64,000 nucleotides of DNA from an uncultured Spirochaetota bacterium (GTDB lineage: Bacteria > Spirochaetota > UBA4802 > UBA5550), in NCBI GenBank assembly GCA_963827275.1, contig CAWHAA010000008.1:288001-352000 (forward strand). The letters run 5' to 3'. Below are positions 62,361 through 64,000 of the stretch, in pieces (positions within the stretch are counted from its first letter, which is position 1; each line of letters begins with the position of its first letter). The notes beneath the pieces were generated by a model. The model did no database searches, had not been told where the DNA came from, and saw nothing but the letters and a program-made list of their open reading frames with translations. The position numbers and the translations under genes are program-made.

Positions 62361-62759
62361 TCATTCACCGCGCCGCGTGTGCGCGATGTACGAGAGCCAT
62401 GGCGCCACTACGACAAAGACCAGCACCAGCACCCATACCTTCCCTTCGAAAATGTTGTACGCATCCAAAAGCTCGGACCAGGGATGGCCCATCGCGAAAT
62501 GAAAGAACAGAAACTCGAAGGCGAGGGTGAGGCAGAGCCAGATCAGGCCCACGGTGACGGCCTGGCGCACTGATTCGAGCTTCCATTTCAGGCCGAGCGC
62601 CCAGATGTAGAGGCCGAAAAGAAGAATGCCGGTCGCAGTCGAAACCTGGTGCGCGGCAAGGTCACCCAGGCTGTCCCTGTACACGATATCCCTGATCGCG
62701 CCGTTGATGATCGCTATGAAGACCAGGGGAATCCAGAAGAGGGTGTATTTCAGTATCAT
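62361..62759 (-). CDS. Small 4-TM membrane protein
   Basis: IAIINGAIRD...AAHQVS...WLCLTLAFEFLF. Confidence 0.75.
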   Translation of the reverse strand: MILKYTLFWIPLVFIAIINGAIRDIVYRDSLGDLAAHQVSTATGILLFGLYIWALGLKWKLESVRQAVTVGLIWLCLTLAFEFLFFHFAMGHPWSELLDAYNIFEGKVWVLVLVFVVVAPWLSYIAHTRRGE

Positions 62760-62981
62760 GTCGCATGCCTGTTGTGATGGCGGTCGGGGCCTGTGCCGCG
62801 CGGGTAAAATATATGCCTGTACAGGCATCTTGTAAAGAACATTTTCGTGATAGAGTAATGTCGCGGGACAGGTAGTTTTTTTATGGGGCTGGACGGCTCC
62901 CGCCCAAAAAATAATGTTACTATCTGTCCCTTGCGGTAATTAATTCTTGCTATATGTTTCCCGGGGCGGATAGTGGAGTGC

Positions 62982-63933
62982 ATGGAAAAGAAAATTCTCC
63001 TCGGGATCAGCTCGTGCCTCCTTGGAGAGCCGGTGCGGTACGACGGCGGGCACAAGCTCGATCATTTTCTTGCAGACATCCTTGGCGGGTTCGTCGAGTA
63101 CGTGCCGGTATGCCCGGAGTACGAGGCGGGCTTCGGCGTTCCCCGGGAGGCGATGCGGCTCGTGGGCCAGCCGGCGGCGCCGCGGCTGATGACGATACAA
63201 ACAAGCATCGACCTTACCGAGCGGATGTCCAGCTGGACGGGCAAAAAGCTGCGCGAGCTGGAGAAGCGGGACCTGTGCGGCTTCGTGTTCAAGAGCGGGT
63301 CTCCGTCGAGCGGCATGGAGCGGGTCAAGGTATATGACGAGAACGGGAATTCGCGAAAAACGGGCGCCGGGCTCTTCGCGAAGGCCTACATGGAGCGCTT
63401 TCCCCTGGTGCCGGTCGAGGACGAGGGAAGGCTCCACGACATGGACATCCGCGAGAATTTCATCGTGCGCGTGTTCGCCTTTCACCGGTGGAAGGAGCAG
63501 TGCGCTGCGGACCGGGGCCCGGCCGCGGTCATCGGATTTTACGCGCGGCACAAGTACCTTCTCATGGCGCACAATCCCGCGATGCAGAAGGAGATGGGGA
63601 AGCTGGTCGCGCGGGTGAAGACGGTGGAGCGGGCGGAGTTCCTCCGGGAATTCGAGCGGCTTTTCATGACGGCGCTAAAATACCACGCGACCGTGAAGAA
63701 AAATTCGAATGTGCTCATGCACATGGCGGGCTACTTCAGGGACCGCCTCGGGGACGGACGAGAGAAAGGAGCTGGCCGAGATGATCGGGCAGTATCGCGG
63801 CGAGCTCATACCCCTCATCGTGCCGGTGACCATGATAAAGCATTACGTGCGCAAGTATGGCGACGACTACCTCGCCTCGCAGTACTACCTGGACCCGCAC
63901 CCGATGGAGCTGAAGCTCCGGAACCACGCGTAG
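62982..63933 (+). CDS. DUF523 (2-thiouracil desulfurase-like) + DUF1722 (YbgA) protein; frameshift near 63752
   Basis: Manual translation MEKKILLGISSCLLGEPVRYDGGH, CPE..AGFGVPRE, KSGSPSSG, EDEGRL, HKYLLMAH; ends YL.PHP.ELKLRNHA in another frame. Confidence 0.9.
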
Positions 63934-64000
63934 CCCCTGCGTGCGGCATGATTGCGAGGATGGCTCCTCACGCTGGCGAAGATGGGCCGCGGGAGGCGTC

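Overview
High-GC bacterial chromosomal segment with about 45 protein genes. It is probably from an anaerobic Spirochaetota (Leptospirae-like) genome; this is inferred from the many spirochaete-style lipoproteins and the spirochaete-type PilZ and GHKL proteins. No rRNA, tRNA, CRISPR array, transposase or integrase was seen. Content: a C/N-metabolism block (sixA, gltBD, gdhA, GTP-PEPCK), N-degron proteolysis genes (bpt/ate, clpS, clpA, aat), a type II TA pair, hslO, ttcA, tsaC/sua5, tmk, glgP, and several surface lipoproteins and hydrolases. Several housekeeping genes (NUDIX, gltB, pckG, clpA, ttcA, glgP, DUF523/1722) are broken by small indels, mostly insertions, most likely long-read assembly errors. 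The best candidate for an undescribed system is the two-gene operon at 14794-18661 between gltBD and gdhA. It encodes an XRE-HTH/cupin regulator and a PEP-synthase-like ATP-grasp protein. The ATP-grasp protein has a putative His domain but no pyruvate-binding barrel, and both proteins start with the same P-loop-less KaiC/RecA-like domain. A phosphohistidine phosphatase (SixA) lies just downstream of gltD. Together these may form a dikinase-based phospho-His switch between GOGAT and GDH. Other leads: a ~170-nt rod-like structured RNA candidate (43331-43500), a lipase with a histone-H1-like tail, a possible remote DGR target (FGE/CLec lipoprotein), a switch-like 5' leader, and several apparent pseudo-enzymes.
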